Origin: an uncultured Oscillospiraceae bacterium
GTDB taxonomy: Bacteria; Bacillota; Clostridia; Oscillospirales; Oscillospiraceae
Assembly: GCA_900763705.1 (NCBI GenBank)
Contig: CAAFLG010000049.1
Coordinates: 12,424 to 76,423, forward strand
DNA: 64,000 nt
Direction of reading: 5' to 3'
The first letter of the stretch is position 1. The number at the start of each line of letters is the position of its first letter. The notes beneath the pieces are model-generated. The model was not told the origin of the DNA. It saw nothing but the letters and a program-made list of their open reading frames with translations, and searched no databases. The position numbers and the translations under genes were made by a program. Below, one piece after another: positions 19,654-28,347 of this stretch.

Positions 19654-20475
19654 TCAGGAGATCATCTCCGCGCCGACGCTGTATTCCCAGCCGTTGCCGC
19701 TGCGGGACGCCGCGCAGTTCGTAAAAGAATACGCGCCGAGCGGCGAGCGCCACTTTTCGGCGGCAAAGTCGATGACGGGCGCGGAGTCGTTCCCGTCCGC
19801 GCTCTCGTCGGGCGTGACGGTAAAGAGCAGGCCATTCGCGAAGGAATAGGCCGTTTTTCCGTCCTCCGTCTTTTCTCCCGCAAGATATCCTTCCTCGCGC
19901 AGCTCGTCGAAGGTCATCGTCAGCCCCTGCACGCCGTGCTTCTGTGCGAAGACATAGGCGATCGCCGCCTTCTCGCCCGCGGTCAGTCCGCCGGGTGCCT
20001 TGCTCAGATCCACGCTCACGAGCTCCGCGCCGCCGTTGAGTCCCGCGTCCTTGTTCCACAGGTCTTCGAGCACCTGCAAGTAAAGACCGCAGAGATCGTA
20101 CACGCCGCTGTCTGTTTCGCGCGTGAAGGACACGGCCACCACCTGCGAAAACTGCGCGGGATATGTCTCCTGCACGCCGCCGGTGTACCACACCTCGGCG
20201 CTCATGCCGCTCTCGATCCCGGAAGCGTCCATGCTGCTGCCGTCAAGATAGAGCGTCACACCTTCGAGCGGCAGGGTGTAGAGCTCCGTCTCCCCCGCCA
20301 GAACGATCGTGCCGCTTGATGCATCGCCCACCACGCGCAGCGTCATCGTGTCCGCGCCCGCGTGCTGCGGCTCTAGATCGACACCATCGTTTTCGTTCTC
20401 CCGGCCGCCCTTCGTACAGGCCAGGAGCGCCGCCGTCACGGCGACCACCATCATCAGTGCAAGCAGTCTTTTCAA
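19654..20475 (-). CDS. Lipoprotein of unknown function with YobA/DUF3221-like OB segment
   Basis: TTG start, LLAC lipobox, VWYTGGVQETYPAQ motif. Confidence 0.7.
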   Translation of the reverse strand: MKRLLALMMVVAVTAALLACTKGGRENENDGVDLEPQHAGADTMTLRVVGDASSGTIVLAGETELYTLPLEGVTLYLDGSSMDASGIESGMSAEVWYTGGVQETYPAQFSQVVAVSFTRETDSGVYDLCGLYLQVLEDLWNKDAGLNGGAELVSVDLSKAPGGLTAGEKAAIAYVFAQKHGVQGLTMTFDELREEGYLAGEKTEDGKTAYSFANGLLFTVTPDESADGNDSAPVIDFAAEKWRSPLGAYSFTNCAASRSGNGWEYSVGAEMIS

Positions 20476-20513
20476 ATCTTCCGCTTCCTTTCCGCTTTGT
20501 AATCGTTTCCTTT

Positions 20514-20540
20514 GACGCAAGCGGAAAGGCAAAAGTTCCC
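20514..20540 (-). promoter_or_regulatory. Putative ECF-sigma promoter
   Basis: Minus strand GGGAAC-17-CGTC(AAA). Confidence 0.5.
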
Positions 20541-20652
20541 GATTTTTCCCCACATTTTCTTTTTTGTGAAACTCTCCGTTTTTCTTGACGAATCGTCGAA
20601 AAACGGGTACACTATTTGTTCAGGAATAACAAGATATCAAGGAGGTGCCAAC

Positions 20653-21933
20653 ATGGCAGCATCTTTTATCGATAAGGCACGCATCTTCTGCCGCGCCGGC
20701 AAGGGCGGCAACGGCGCGGTGGCGTTCCACCGCGAAAAGTATGTCTCCGCGGGCGGTCCCGACGGCGGAGACGGCGGCAACGGCGGCAACATCGTCCTTG
20801 TGGTCGATGACAATATGTCGACGCTGATGGACTTCCGCTACAAGCGCAAATACGTCGCCGAGACCGGCATGGATGGTCAGGGCGGGCGCAAGTTCGGCAA
20901 GCAGGGCAAGGATCTCACGATCCGTGTGCCCCGCGGCACTGTCGTGCGCGACGCGGAGTCGAACGAGATCATCAAGGATATGTCCGACTCCGAGCCGTAC
21001 ATCCTCTGCCGCGGCGGCAAGGGCGGCTGGGGCAACGCCCACTTCGCAACGCCGACGCGTCAGGCGCCCCGTTTTGCCAAATCGGGCCTTGAGGGCGAGG
21101 AGCACGATGTCGTGCTCGAGCTGAAGCTGCTGGCCGACGTCGGCCTCATCGGCTTCCCGAATGTCGGCAAGTCGACGCTTCTTTCCGTTGTGTCGAAGGC
21201 GCGCCCCAAGATCGCAAACTATCACTTCACCACCCTATACCCCAACCTCGGCGTCGTGTACGTCGACGAGGGCGTTTCGTTCGTTATGGCCGACATCCCC
21301 GGCATCATCGAGGGCGCAGCCGAGGGCGCGGGCCTTGGTCACGACTTCCTGCGCCATATCGACCGCTGCCGCCTGCTTGTCCACGTCGTCGACGTTTCCG
21401 GCAGCGAGGGCCGCGACCCGGTCGAGGACTTTGACGCCATCAACGCAGAGCTGTCGCAGTATTCCCCCGACCTTGCCACCCGCCCGCAGATCGTCGTCGC
21501 CAACAAGACCGACATCATGGAGGACGAGAGCCTGCTTGAGGCCCTGCGCGCGCACGTCGCGCCGCTGGGCTACCCTCTCTTTGCCCTTTCCGCTGCATCC
21601 CACACCGGCACGCGTGAGCTTGTGCTCAAGATCGCTGAAAAGCTCGCAACGCTGCCGCCCGTCACGGTCTACGAGCCGGAGTATGTCCCCAAGCCCGTGA
21701 AGATCGACGCGAGCGAGCCGCTCAAGATCACCGTCGAGGACAACACCTACATCGTCGAGGGCAAGTGGCTTGAACGGCTCATGAGCAACGTCAACTTCGG
21801 TGACTACGAAAGCCGCATGTTCTTCGACAAGATGCTGCGCGAGAACGGCGTTTTCCAGCAGCTTGAGGAGCTCGGCATCAAGGATGGCGACATCGTCAGC
21901 ATGTACGAGCTGGAATTCGAATACCAGCACTAA
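20653..21933 (+). CDS. obgE: GTPase ObgE/CgtA
   Basis: Gly-rich Obg fold, GFPNVGKS, DIPG, NKTD, C-terminal DUF1967-like domain; promoter TTGACG-17-TACACT. Confidence 0.98.
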   Translation: MAASFIDKARIFCRAGKGGNGAVAFHREKYVSAGGPDGGDGGNGGNIVLVVDDNMSTLMDFRYKRKYVAETGMDGQGGRKFGKQGKDLTIRVPRGTVVRDAESNEIIKDMSDSEPYILCRGGKGGWGNAHFATPTRQAPRFAKSGLEGEEHDVVLELKLLADVGLIGFPNVGKSTLLSVVSKARPKIANYHFTTLYPNLGVVYVDEGVSFVMADIPGIIEGAAEGAGLGHDFLRHIDRCRLLVHVVDVSGSEGRDPVEDFDAINAELSQYSPDLATRPQIVVANKTDIMEDESLLEALRAHVAPLGYPLFALSAASHTGTRELVLKIAEKLATLPPVTVYEPEYVPKPVKIDASEPLKITVEDNTYIVEGKWLERLMSNVNFGDYESRMFFDKMLRENGVFQQLEELGIKDGDIVSMYELEFEYQH

Positions 21934-21957
21934 ATTCTACCCACGGGAGATGATCTC

Positions 21958-22137
21958 ATGTCCGTCAGTCTGTGCGAGGACTGCGTCTATTACAGCTACG
22001 ATGAAGAGTCCGACAGCTACTACTGTGACGAGCAACTCGATGAGGACGAGATGGCGTCGTTCCTGCGCGGCAAGCTGACCGCCTGTCCGTTCTACCATCC
22101 GGGCCAAAGCGACTACTACCTCGCGGGAAAGCAGTGA
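21958..22137 (+). CDS. Small acidic Cys-rich protein (DUF6472-like), 59 aa, below the ORF track cutoff
   Basis: MSVSLCEDCVYYSYDEESDSYYCDEQLDEDEMASFLRGKLTACPFYHPGQSDYYLAGKQ; GGAG RBS; terminator follows. Confidence 0.8.
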   Translation: MSVSLCEDCVYYSYDEESDSYYCDEQLDEDEMASFLRGKLTACPFYHPGQSDYYLAGKQ

Positions 22138-22145
22138 CTTCTATC

Positions 22146-22180
22146 AAAAAGGAACGCACTCATTTGAGTGCGTTCCTTTT
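22146..22180. terminator. Bidirectional terminator
   Basis: AAAAGGAACGCACTCA/TGAGTGCGTTCCTTTT. Confidence 0.8.
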
Positions 22181-22238
22181 CTCTTTATCCGCTTTATCTC
22201 TTTCCGTGCGAGCGGAGGTCAGTCCTCCGCTGAAAAAG

Positions 22239-22865
22239 TCACTCCCTTGCGCCGGGCAGAAAGCGCTGCTCGACTTCTTCCGCGCTCATCTGTCCGCCGG
22301 AAAGCTCCGTGAGCGCGGCGGAGAATTGTTCCACCTTCCCCACTGGCAGCAAAAAGCTCAGCATCACCGCCGCGCCGTAGTCGCTCGACTCGATTCTTCC
22401 CTCGTGTCCCTCGATCAGCAGCTTCACGCGCTCGAACATCGGGTACGGGCACTCGAGCAGCAGCACGGAAAACGGCTGCATCCGCGCCTTGCCCGCCTTG
22501 TCGAGCGCGTCCTTCGCCGCCTTGGTATAAGCGCGCGTCAGCCCGCCCGCGCCGAGCAGGATACCGCCGAAGTAGCGCGTGACGATGCACACCACATTCT
22601 CCACACCCTCGCGCTGGAAGACGTTGAGCATCGGCTGGCCTGCCGTGCCCTGCGGCTCGCCGTCGTCGCCGTAGCGAACGGTGCCGTCGTGCAGGACGAA
22701 GCACCAGCAATTGTGGCGCGCGTCGTAGTATTTCTTCTTCATCTCGTCGATGCGCGCGCGGGCCTCCGCCTCGCTCTCCACAAGGAAAACGTGGCTGATG
22801 AAGCGCGAGCGCTTTTCTTCAAACTCGCTCTCCGCGCTCTCGTATGGGACAAGGTACTCTGTCAT
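22239..22865 (-). CDS. YigZ/IMPACT family protein
   Basis: EKRSRFI, ARHNC, DDGEPQGTAG, RYFGGILLGAGGL. Confidence 0.93.
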   Translation of the reverse strand: MTEYLVPYESAESEFEEKRSRFISHVFLVESEAEARARIDEMKKKYYDARHNCWCFVLHDGTVRYGDDGEPQGTAGQPMLNVFQREGVENVVCIVTRYFGGILLGAGGLTRAYTKAAKDALDKAGKARMQPFSVLLLECPYPMFERVKLLIEGHEGRIESSDYGAAVMLSFLLPVGKVEQFSAALTELSGGQMSAEEVEQRFLPGARE

Positions 22866-22881
22866 GGTTTCAATGTTCCTT

Positions 22882-23415
22882 TCAGCGGGTTTTCTCCCAC
22901 TGTTCTTTCGTGAGGGCGTAAAAAAGCGTCGGCCGCGGTGCATCGTCCACAAGCGTCGACCGCTCGCACATAAGCTGATAAGAAAAGCCGCACTTTTCGA
23001 TCACGCGCTTTGACTTCTCGTTGCCAGCATAGTGCGAACACCAGACCCGCTGTGCGCCTTTATCCTCAAAGCAATACCTCAGCAGTTCTCGCACGGCTTC
23101 GGGGATAAGCCCCTGCCCCCAGAACGGGCGGCCGATCCAGTAGCCGATCTCCGGCTCCCCCGCCGCTTCCGCCACATCCGTCGGAAATACGCCGGCGGAG
23201 CCGATGGCCTCGCTGGGCTTCTCCTTCAAAGCGACAGCAAACGTGTCCGGTGCGGAGAGAACGGTTCGGATGATCTCGCGGGAGTTCTCCACGCTCGTAT
23301 GCGCCGGCCAGCCTGCGGCGGGGCCGACAAACGGATCCCTCGCGTATCGATAGCAGCTCTCCGCGTCGCTCTCGCACCACGGACGCAGGAGAAGGCGCGT
23401 CGTTTCAAATGTCAT
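22882..23415 (-). CDS. GNAT N-acetyltransferase (RimL-like)
   Basis: ETTRLLLRPW, EIGYWIGRPFWGQG, NEKSKRVIEKCGF. Confidence 0.9.
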   Translation of the reverse strand: MTFETTRLLLRPWCESDAESCYRYARDPFVGPAAGWPAHTSVENSREIIRTVLSAPDTFAVALKEKPSEAIGSAGVFPTDVAEAAGEPEIGYWIGRPFWGQGLIPEAVRELLRYCFEDKGAQRVWCSHYAGNEKSKRVIEKCGFSYQLMCERSTLVDDAPRPTLFYALTKEQWEKTR

Positions 23416-24719
23416 TCCTCCCAGTCCTCCTTCGGCTCGCGGTAGCCCTCGATGTAGTCCTTCACCTGCCCGATGACGCGCGGCACGCAGACGGCCACGA
23501 TGTCAATCGTCTCGCCGTATTCGACGGATTCGACCTTCGCCTCGCGGTAGAGCATATCGAGAAGGCCGCCCTTGTCGTAGGGCAAGTGGATCATCACGCG
23601 GCGCGTCCCCTTGTCGAGGAGTTTGTCGATGCGCGCGAGCAGCTCGTCCACGCCCTCGCCGGTCTTGGCGCTGATGTTGACGCTGTCCTCCCCATGCGGG
23701 CGGATATCGCCGAAGTAGAGGTCGGACTTGTTATAAACGCGCAGGCAGGGGATCTGCTGTGCGCCCAGTTCTTCGATGAGTTCATCCACGATCTGCGCCT
23801 GCTCGAGCCAATGCGGGTCGGAAATGTCGATGACGTGCAGAAGAAGATCGGCGTATTCGAGCTCTTCAAGCGTTGCCTTGAACGCCTCGACGAGCTGATG
23901 CGGCAGCTTTCGAATAAAGCCGACCGTGTCGGAGATCACGACATCCAGTGTGTCGGACACCGTGAGAAGGCGCGTCGTCGTGTCCAGCGTGTCAAACAGG
24001 CGGTTATTCGCAGGAATGCCCGCGCCGGTCAGCGCGTTCAAAAGCGTCGACTTGCCCGCGTTCGTGTAGCCGACGATGGCGACGACGGGGATCTCGTTCT
24101 TGCTGCGGCGGTCGCGCTGCGTGGCGCGCACGCGGCGCACCTCTTCAAGGTCCGCCTTCAGCTTGTCGATCTTTCTGTGGATGTGGCGGCGGTCGGTCTC
24201 AAGCTGCGTTTCGCCGGGGCCCTTCGAGCCGATGGGCCCCTTGCCCGACGTGCCCGCCTGACGCTCCAGATGCGTCCACATACCGATGAGGCGCGGCAGC
24301 AGGTACTGATACTGCGCAAGCTCCACCTGAAGGCGGCCCTCCTTTGTCTTCGCCCGCTGGGCGAAGATATCGAGGATCAGTCCGCTGCGGTCGAGCACCT
24401 GCACGCCGAATTCCTCGCACAGAACGCGCATCTGCGAGGGCGAGAGGTCATTGTCGAAGATGACCATCGTCGCCTCCTGCCCCTTCACAAGCTCGCGGAT
24501 CTCGGCGACCTTGCCCTCGCCGATGAAGGTATGCGGATTGGGCGAGGGCAGCGTTTGCAGCACGACGCCGACGCTCACGCCGCCCGCCGTTTCGACGAGC
24601 GCGCCCAGTTCATCAAGGCTCTCCTCGTCCGCGTTTTCCTTTTTATCGAGCCGCGGCGACGAAAGGCCGACTAAAATCGCCCGGTCGCGCGGCGCGCTGT
24701 TCTCTTTCAATGCTTCCAT
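23412..24719 (-). CDS. hflX: GTPase HflX
   Basis: LILDIFAQRA, GPGETQLE, GYTNAGKS, DTVGFI. Confidence 0.97.
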   Translation of the reverse strand: MEALKENSAPRDRAILVGLSSPRLDKKENADEESLDELGALVETAGGVSVGVVLQTLPSPNPHTFIGEGKVAEIRELVKGQEATMVIFDNDLSPSQMRVLCEEFGVQVLDRSGLILDIFAQRAKTKEGRLQVELAQYQYLLPRLIGMWTHLERQAGTSGKGPIGSKGPGETQLETDRRHIHRKIDKLKADLEEVRRVRATQRDRRSKNEIPVVAIVGYTNAGKSTLLNALTGAGIPANNRLFDTLDTTTRLLTVSDTLDVVISDTVGFIRKLPHQLVEAFKATLEELEYADLLLHVIDISDPHWLEQAQIVDELIEELGAQQIPCLRVYNKSDLYFGDIRPHGEDSVNISAKTGEGVDELLARIDKLLDKGTRRVMIHLPYDKGGLLDMLYREAKVESVEYGETIDIVAVCVPRVIGQVKDYIEGYREPKEDWEE

Positions 24720-24978
24720 AGATTCTCCTTATCGCGCCCTGCGGCGCAGTGCAAATCATTTTTATTATAGAGGATTCTCCACAAAAAGAAAAGGGGGTAA
24801 CGCTTTTCATTGACATTTCCGCCCCTTTTATGCAAAAATAAGGTGGACGCAACCTCAGGTTGACAAAAAGAAACGCCCGGTTGGTGGTGTTTTCTCCCGT
24901 TTTCCTGCTATGCTTTTCCTGCAAAGGCGCAGTGCACGGCGTCAGGTGCAGCATCATTCCCCAAAGGAGGAATCACGC

Positions 24979-26307
24979 ATGGAACTTTATGAAAAGCTAT
25001 ACGAACTGCGCCGCGCGAGCGGCATGTCGCAGGAGGAGCTTGCCGAAAAGCTCGGTGTCTCGCGCCAAGCCGTCTCCAAATGGGAGAGCGGCGCGACGCA
25101 GCCGGAGCTTCCAAAGCTCATCGAGCTGAGCAAGATCTATCAGGTCTCCGTCGACGCGCTTTTGAGCCTTGAACACGCCAAGGAGCAGCAGGACAGTTCC
25201 CCCGCCGCCGAGAGTGCGGCGCAGGACACAGCCGAAGACGCTCCTGCGGCAAAGCCCGACTTTCGCACCTTCTGCGCGCAGCATAAGAAGAGCATCGGCG
25301 GCGCGGCCGTGGCACTCGCCGCGCTCATCGCCGTCGGCGCGCATTACAATAGCCGCATCAATGCCCTCAGTTCGCAGGTGGACGACCTGCGCGGTGAGCT
25401 GTACGGCGTGCAGAGCAGTCTCTCCAACCAGATCAACGGCATCAGCAGCACGGTTTCGGATATTCTGGAGCGCGAAATGAGCCTCGTCTTGCAGTTCGAC
25501 TACAATGTGACGAACGTTGACCTCAAAAAGAAGGAGTGCACGCTCGCCTTTTCGCTGCTGCCGAAGGCGATCGACGAGGAAACGCATGTGAGCCTTCTTG
25601 TGACCGACCGCGACGCCTCTTCCCCCGAGAACTGCCATCGGCTGCCGCTCACGCAGGACGATCACGGGTATCTCACCGGCGAAGTGACGCTTGCGCTGAG
25701 CAACGATCTCGGCGTCAGCGTCAGCTTTGAAAAGGACGGTGCAAAGCAGTCGGGAGACCTTGGCGCGATCTATTCCCTCAAAGACAATGCCCTGCCGCAG
25801 GTCAGCTATCTCTTTATTCCCTATTCCTACAGCCGCAGTACCGGCAAGCCGTGGGAATATAACTTTAAGCCTTCTTCCGACGCGAGCCTTTCCGGCAGTA
25901 TTTCGCTCGGCGCGCTGTCTCGCGCTTCCATTCGCAGCGCCTGCCTTACATACAGCCGCGCGGGCGAGATCCTCGAGCGCGTGCCGCTTGCGGCATCGTC
26001 GTGCTCGGATGCGCCCATCGTCACCGCGATCAGCAGCGACAGCGCCGAGGCCGTTTGCGTTTCTCAGGATGTTGCCTATTATGAGCTCACCATCGCCGAC
26101 AAGAAACAGTCCTCCTTCTCCATTACGCTTGAAACGACGCCGCTCGTCTGCGAGCTTGTTGTCGATCTTTCGGATGGCATCACCCTGCGCGCCCGTCTCT
26201 TTGAAGTGCGCAGCACAGAAGGCGGAGACGATTGGGATGAGACAAATGATCCTGATCTCCTCGGCTCTCTCCCCTTCACCGTTGAATATCCCGCCGCGGA
26301 AAACTGA
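24979..26307 (+). CDS. XRE-family HTH regulator with TM, coiled coil and large extracytoplasmic domain
   Basis: [46 protein letters not shown]. Confidence 0.85.
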   Translation: MELYEKLYELRRASGMSQEELAEKLGVSRQAVSKWESGATQPELPKLIELSKIYQVSVDALLSLEHAKEQQDSSPAAESAAQDTAEDAPAAKPDFRTFCAQHKKSIGGAAVALAALIAVGAHYNSRINALSSQVDDLRGELYGVQSSLSNQINGISSTVSDILEREMSLVLQFDYNVTNVDLKKKECTLAFSLLPKAIDEETHVSLLVTDRDASSPENCHRLPLTQDDHGYLTGEVTLALSNDLGVSVSFEKDGAKQSGDLGAIYSLKDNALPQVSYLFIPYSYSRSTGKPWEYNFKPSSDASLSGSISLGALSRASIRSACLTYSRAGEILERVPLAASSCSDAPIVTAISSDSAEAVCVSQDVAYYELTIADKKQSSFSITLETTPLVCELVVDLSDGITLRARLFEVRSTEGGDDWDETNDPDLLGSLPFTVEYPAAEN

Positions 26308-26330
26308 CCATTTTCCGCGAGGCACAAAGA

Positions 26331-26363
26331 AAAAAGCAGCTCTGCCGTAGCAGAGCTGCTTTT
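26331..26363. terminator. Bidirectional terminator
   Basis: AAAAGCAGCTCTGC/GCAGAGCTGCTTTT. Confidence 0.8.
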
Positions 26364-26372
26364 GTGATTGAA

Positions 26373-26573
26373 TTAGTTCAGGCCGAACTTCTTGTTGAAC
26401 TTGGCAACGCGGCCGCCGGTATCGACCAGCTTCTGCTTACCAGTGAAGAAGGGGTGACACTTAGAGCACACTTCCACCTTGATATTCTGCTTGGTGGAAC
26501 CTGTCTCAATCACATTACCGCAGGCGCAAGTAATAGTAGTCTGCTGATAATTGGGATGGATTCCTTCCTTCAT
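26373..26573 (-). CDS. rpmE: 50S ribosomal protein L31 (Zn-binding type)
   Basis: [23 protein letters not shown]. Confidence 0.97.
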   Translation of the reverse strand: MKEGIHPNYQQTTITCACGNVIETGSTKQNIKVEVCSKCHPFFTGKQKLVDTGGRVAKFNKKFGLN

Positions 26574-26597
26574 TGCTCGTGTTCACCTCTTTCCGAT

Positions 26598-26658
26598 CCA
26601 AATGTACCTTGATAACAAAGCCATTTGGTATGTTACCACGCTTTCTGTCAAATTGCAA
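26598..26658 (-). promoter_or_regulatory. rpmE promoter and 5'UTR hairpin (L31-leader candidate)
   Basis: TTGCAA-17-TAACAT; CCAAATG...CATTTGG stem at 26598-26628. Confidence 0.45.
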
Positions 26659-26688
26659 GAGAAATTTTCCGCCTTTTCGCGAAAATCA

Positions 26689-27129
26689 TCACTTTTTTTG
26701 CCACAGCATCCCGATGTGCGGGATACCGTCCTCCAAAAACTCCTCCGTTGTCTGCACAAAGCCCAGATGCTCGTAGAGTGTCCGCGCGTAAGTCTGCGCC
26801 TCGATACGCACCCTGTCCGCGCCGTATTTCTCCTGCGCAACGCGCAGTCCCTCCGAAACGATGCGCGTTCCCAGCCCGCGCCGGCGCTCGGCGGCGATCA
26901 CGCGCCCGATGGCGCACTCGGGGAACGCGGCGCCCGGCTCGAGCACACGAAGATACGCGCGGATCGCGCCGTCTTCTTCGAGCCAGACGTGGTACGCCCG
27001 CTCGTCCGCGTCGTCCACCTCCTGATAGGGGCAGCGCTGCTCCACCACGAAGACCGACACGCGCAGCCTGTAAATATCGTGCAGCTCCTTTGCGCTCAGC
27101 GCGGAAAAATGCTTCACCTTCAGTTCCAT
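26689..27129 (-). CDS. ElaA-like GNAT acetyltransferase
   Basis: LRVSVFVVEQRCPYQE, IEAQ, FLEDGIPHIGM. Confidence 0.92.
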   Translation of the reverse strand: MELKVKHFSALSAKELHDIYRLRVSVFVVEQRCPYQEVDDADERAYHVWLEEDGAIRAYLRVLEPGAAFPECAIGRVIAAERRRGLGTRIVSEGLRVAQEKYGADRVRIEAQTYARTLYEHLGFVQTTEEFLEDGIPHIGMLWQKK

Positions 27130-27259
27130 TGCGCCCCTCCTCCCGATCATGCGATTTTATGATACACGTCCTCTTTACTTCTGTCAATCTTCGACGTATA
27201 ATAGCGTTCGCCGCGGCAGAGCGCGGCTTTTCCCAAGTAAAAGAGAGAAGGATTTTTAT

Positions 27260-27970
27260 ATGCATCAGCGGGGTTTCCTGCGCGGTCTGCGCGACGGCGC
27301 GCCCATCGCCCTCGGTTACTTTGCCGTCAGCTTCGGCGTCGGCATCAGCGCCCACAGCGCGCATTTGAGCATCTTTCAGGGCTTTCTGCTCAGCTTTTTG
27401 AACAACGCCTCCTCCGGCGAGTACGGCGGCATCACCATCATCGCCGCCGACGCGGGCTTCTGGGCCATGGCGCTGATGATGCTGGTCGTCAACGCGCGCT
27501 ACCTTCTGATGAGCTGCGCGCTCAGCCAGCACCTCTCGCCCGACACGCCGCTCGCCTGGCGGATGCTCATCGCCTACGACCTCACGGATGAGCTTTTCGG
27601 CCTCGCCGTTGCGCAGCCGGGCTATCTCGATGTGCACTATTACCTTGGCGCGATGTGCGCCGCCATGCCGTGCTGGAGTCTTGGCACCGTGCTCGGCGTG
27701 CTGCTCGGCAACCTCATGCCCGCGTGGGCGGAGAGCGGCTTTTCCGTCATGCTCTTCGGTATGTTCATCGCCATCATCATTCCCGTCAGCCGCCAGAACC
27801 GCACCGTGCTCGCCTGCGTTGGTGTGAGCTTTGCCTGCTCTTTCCTTGCAAGCGTCCTGCCCTTCACGCGCGAGCTTTCTGAGGGGATGCGCATTTTGCT
27901 TCTGACCATCGTCATCTCCGCGCTCGCCGCCATCCTGTTTCCGCATAAGGAGGATGATCTCGTCGCATGA
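27260..27970 (+). CDS. azlC: AzlC family permease
   Basis: PIALGYF, VNARYLLMS, LTDELF. Confidence 0.88.
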   Translation: MHQRGFLRGLRDGAPIALGYFAVSFGVGISAHSAHLSIFQGFLLSFLNNASSGEYGGITIIAADAGFWAMALMMLVVNARYLLMSCALSQHLSPDTPLAWRMLIAYDLTDELFGLAVAQPGYLDVHYYLGAMCAAMPCWSLGTVLGVLLGNLMPAWAESGFSVMLFGMFIAIIIPVSRQNRTVLACVGVSFACSFLASVLPFTRELSEGMRILLLTIVISALAAILFPHKEDDLVA

Positions 27971-28269
27971 AAACCTATCTCTATCTGTTCGTCATGGCGC
28001 TCACGACCTATCTCATCCGTGTCCTGCCGCTCACGCTCATCCGCAAGCCCATCCGCAGCCCCTTCCTGCGCTCGTTTCTCTATTATGTTCCCTATGTCAC
28101 GCTCTCGGTGATGACCTTTCCCGCTATCATGCACGCCACGCAGTCGCCCGTTGCGGGCGCGGCGGCCATGCTCGTGGGCATCGCGTGCTCTTGGTGCGGA
28201 CTGGGGCTTTTGCCCGTGTCGCTCCTCTGCTGCGCCACGGTGTTCGTCCTCGAATTTTTCCTCGTATGA
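27967..28269 (+). CDS. azlD: AzlD family protein
   Basis: MALTTYLIRVLP, FLYYVP; ATGA overlap with azlC. Confidence 0.88.
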   Translation: MKTYLYLFVMALTTYLIRVLPLTLIRKPIRSPFLRSFLYYVPYVTLSVMTFPAIMHATQSPVAGAAAMLVGIACSWCGLGLLPVSLLCCATVFVLEFFLV

Positions 28270-28347
28270 GCCGTGAATAGAAGAAAACAGGCATCCGCCA
28301 TTGTCGGATGCCTGTTTTCTTGTTCTGCGCGGGATATCCGTCCCGCG

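Noticed and set aside
26373..26573. Lower GC of rpmE as a sign of horizontal transfer
   Set aside because: Short, highly expressed ribosomal gene; composition alone is insufficient
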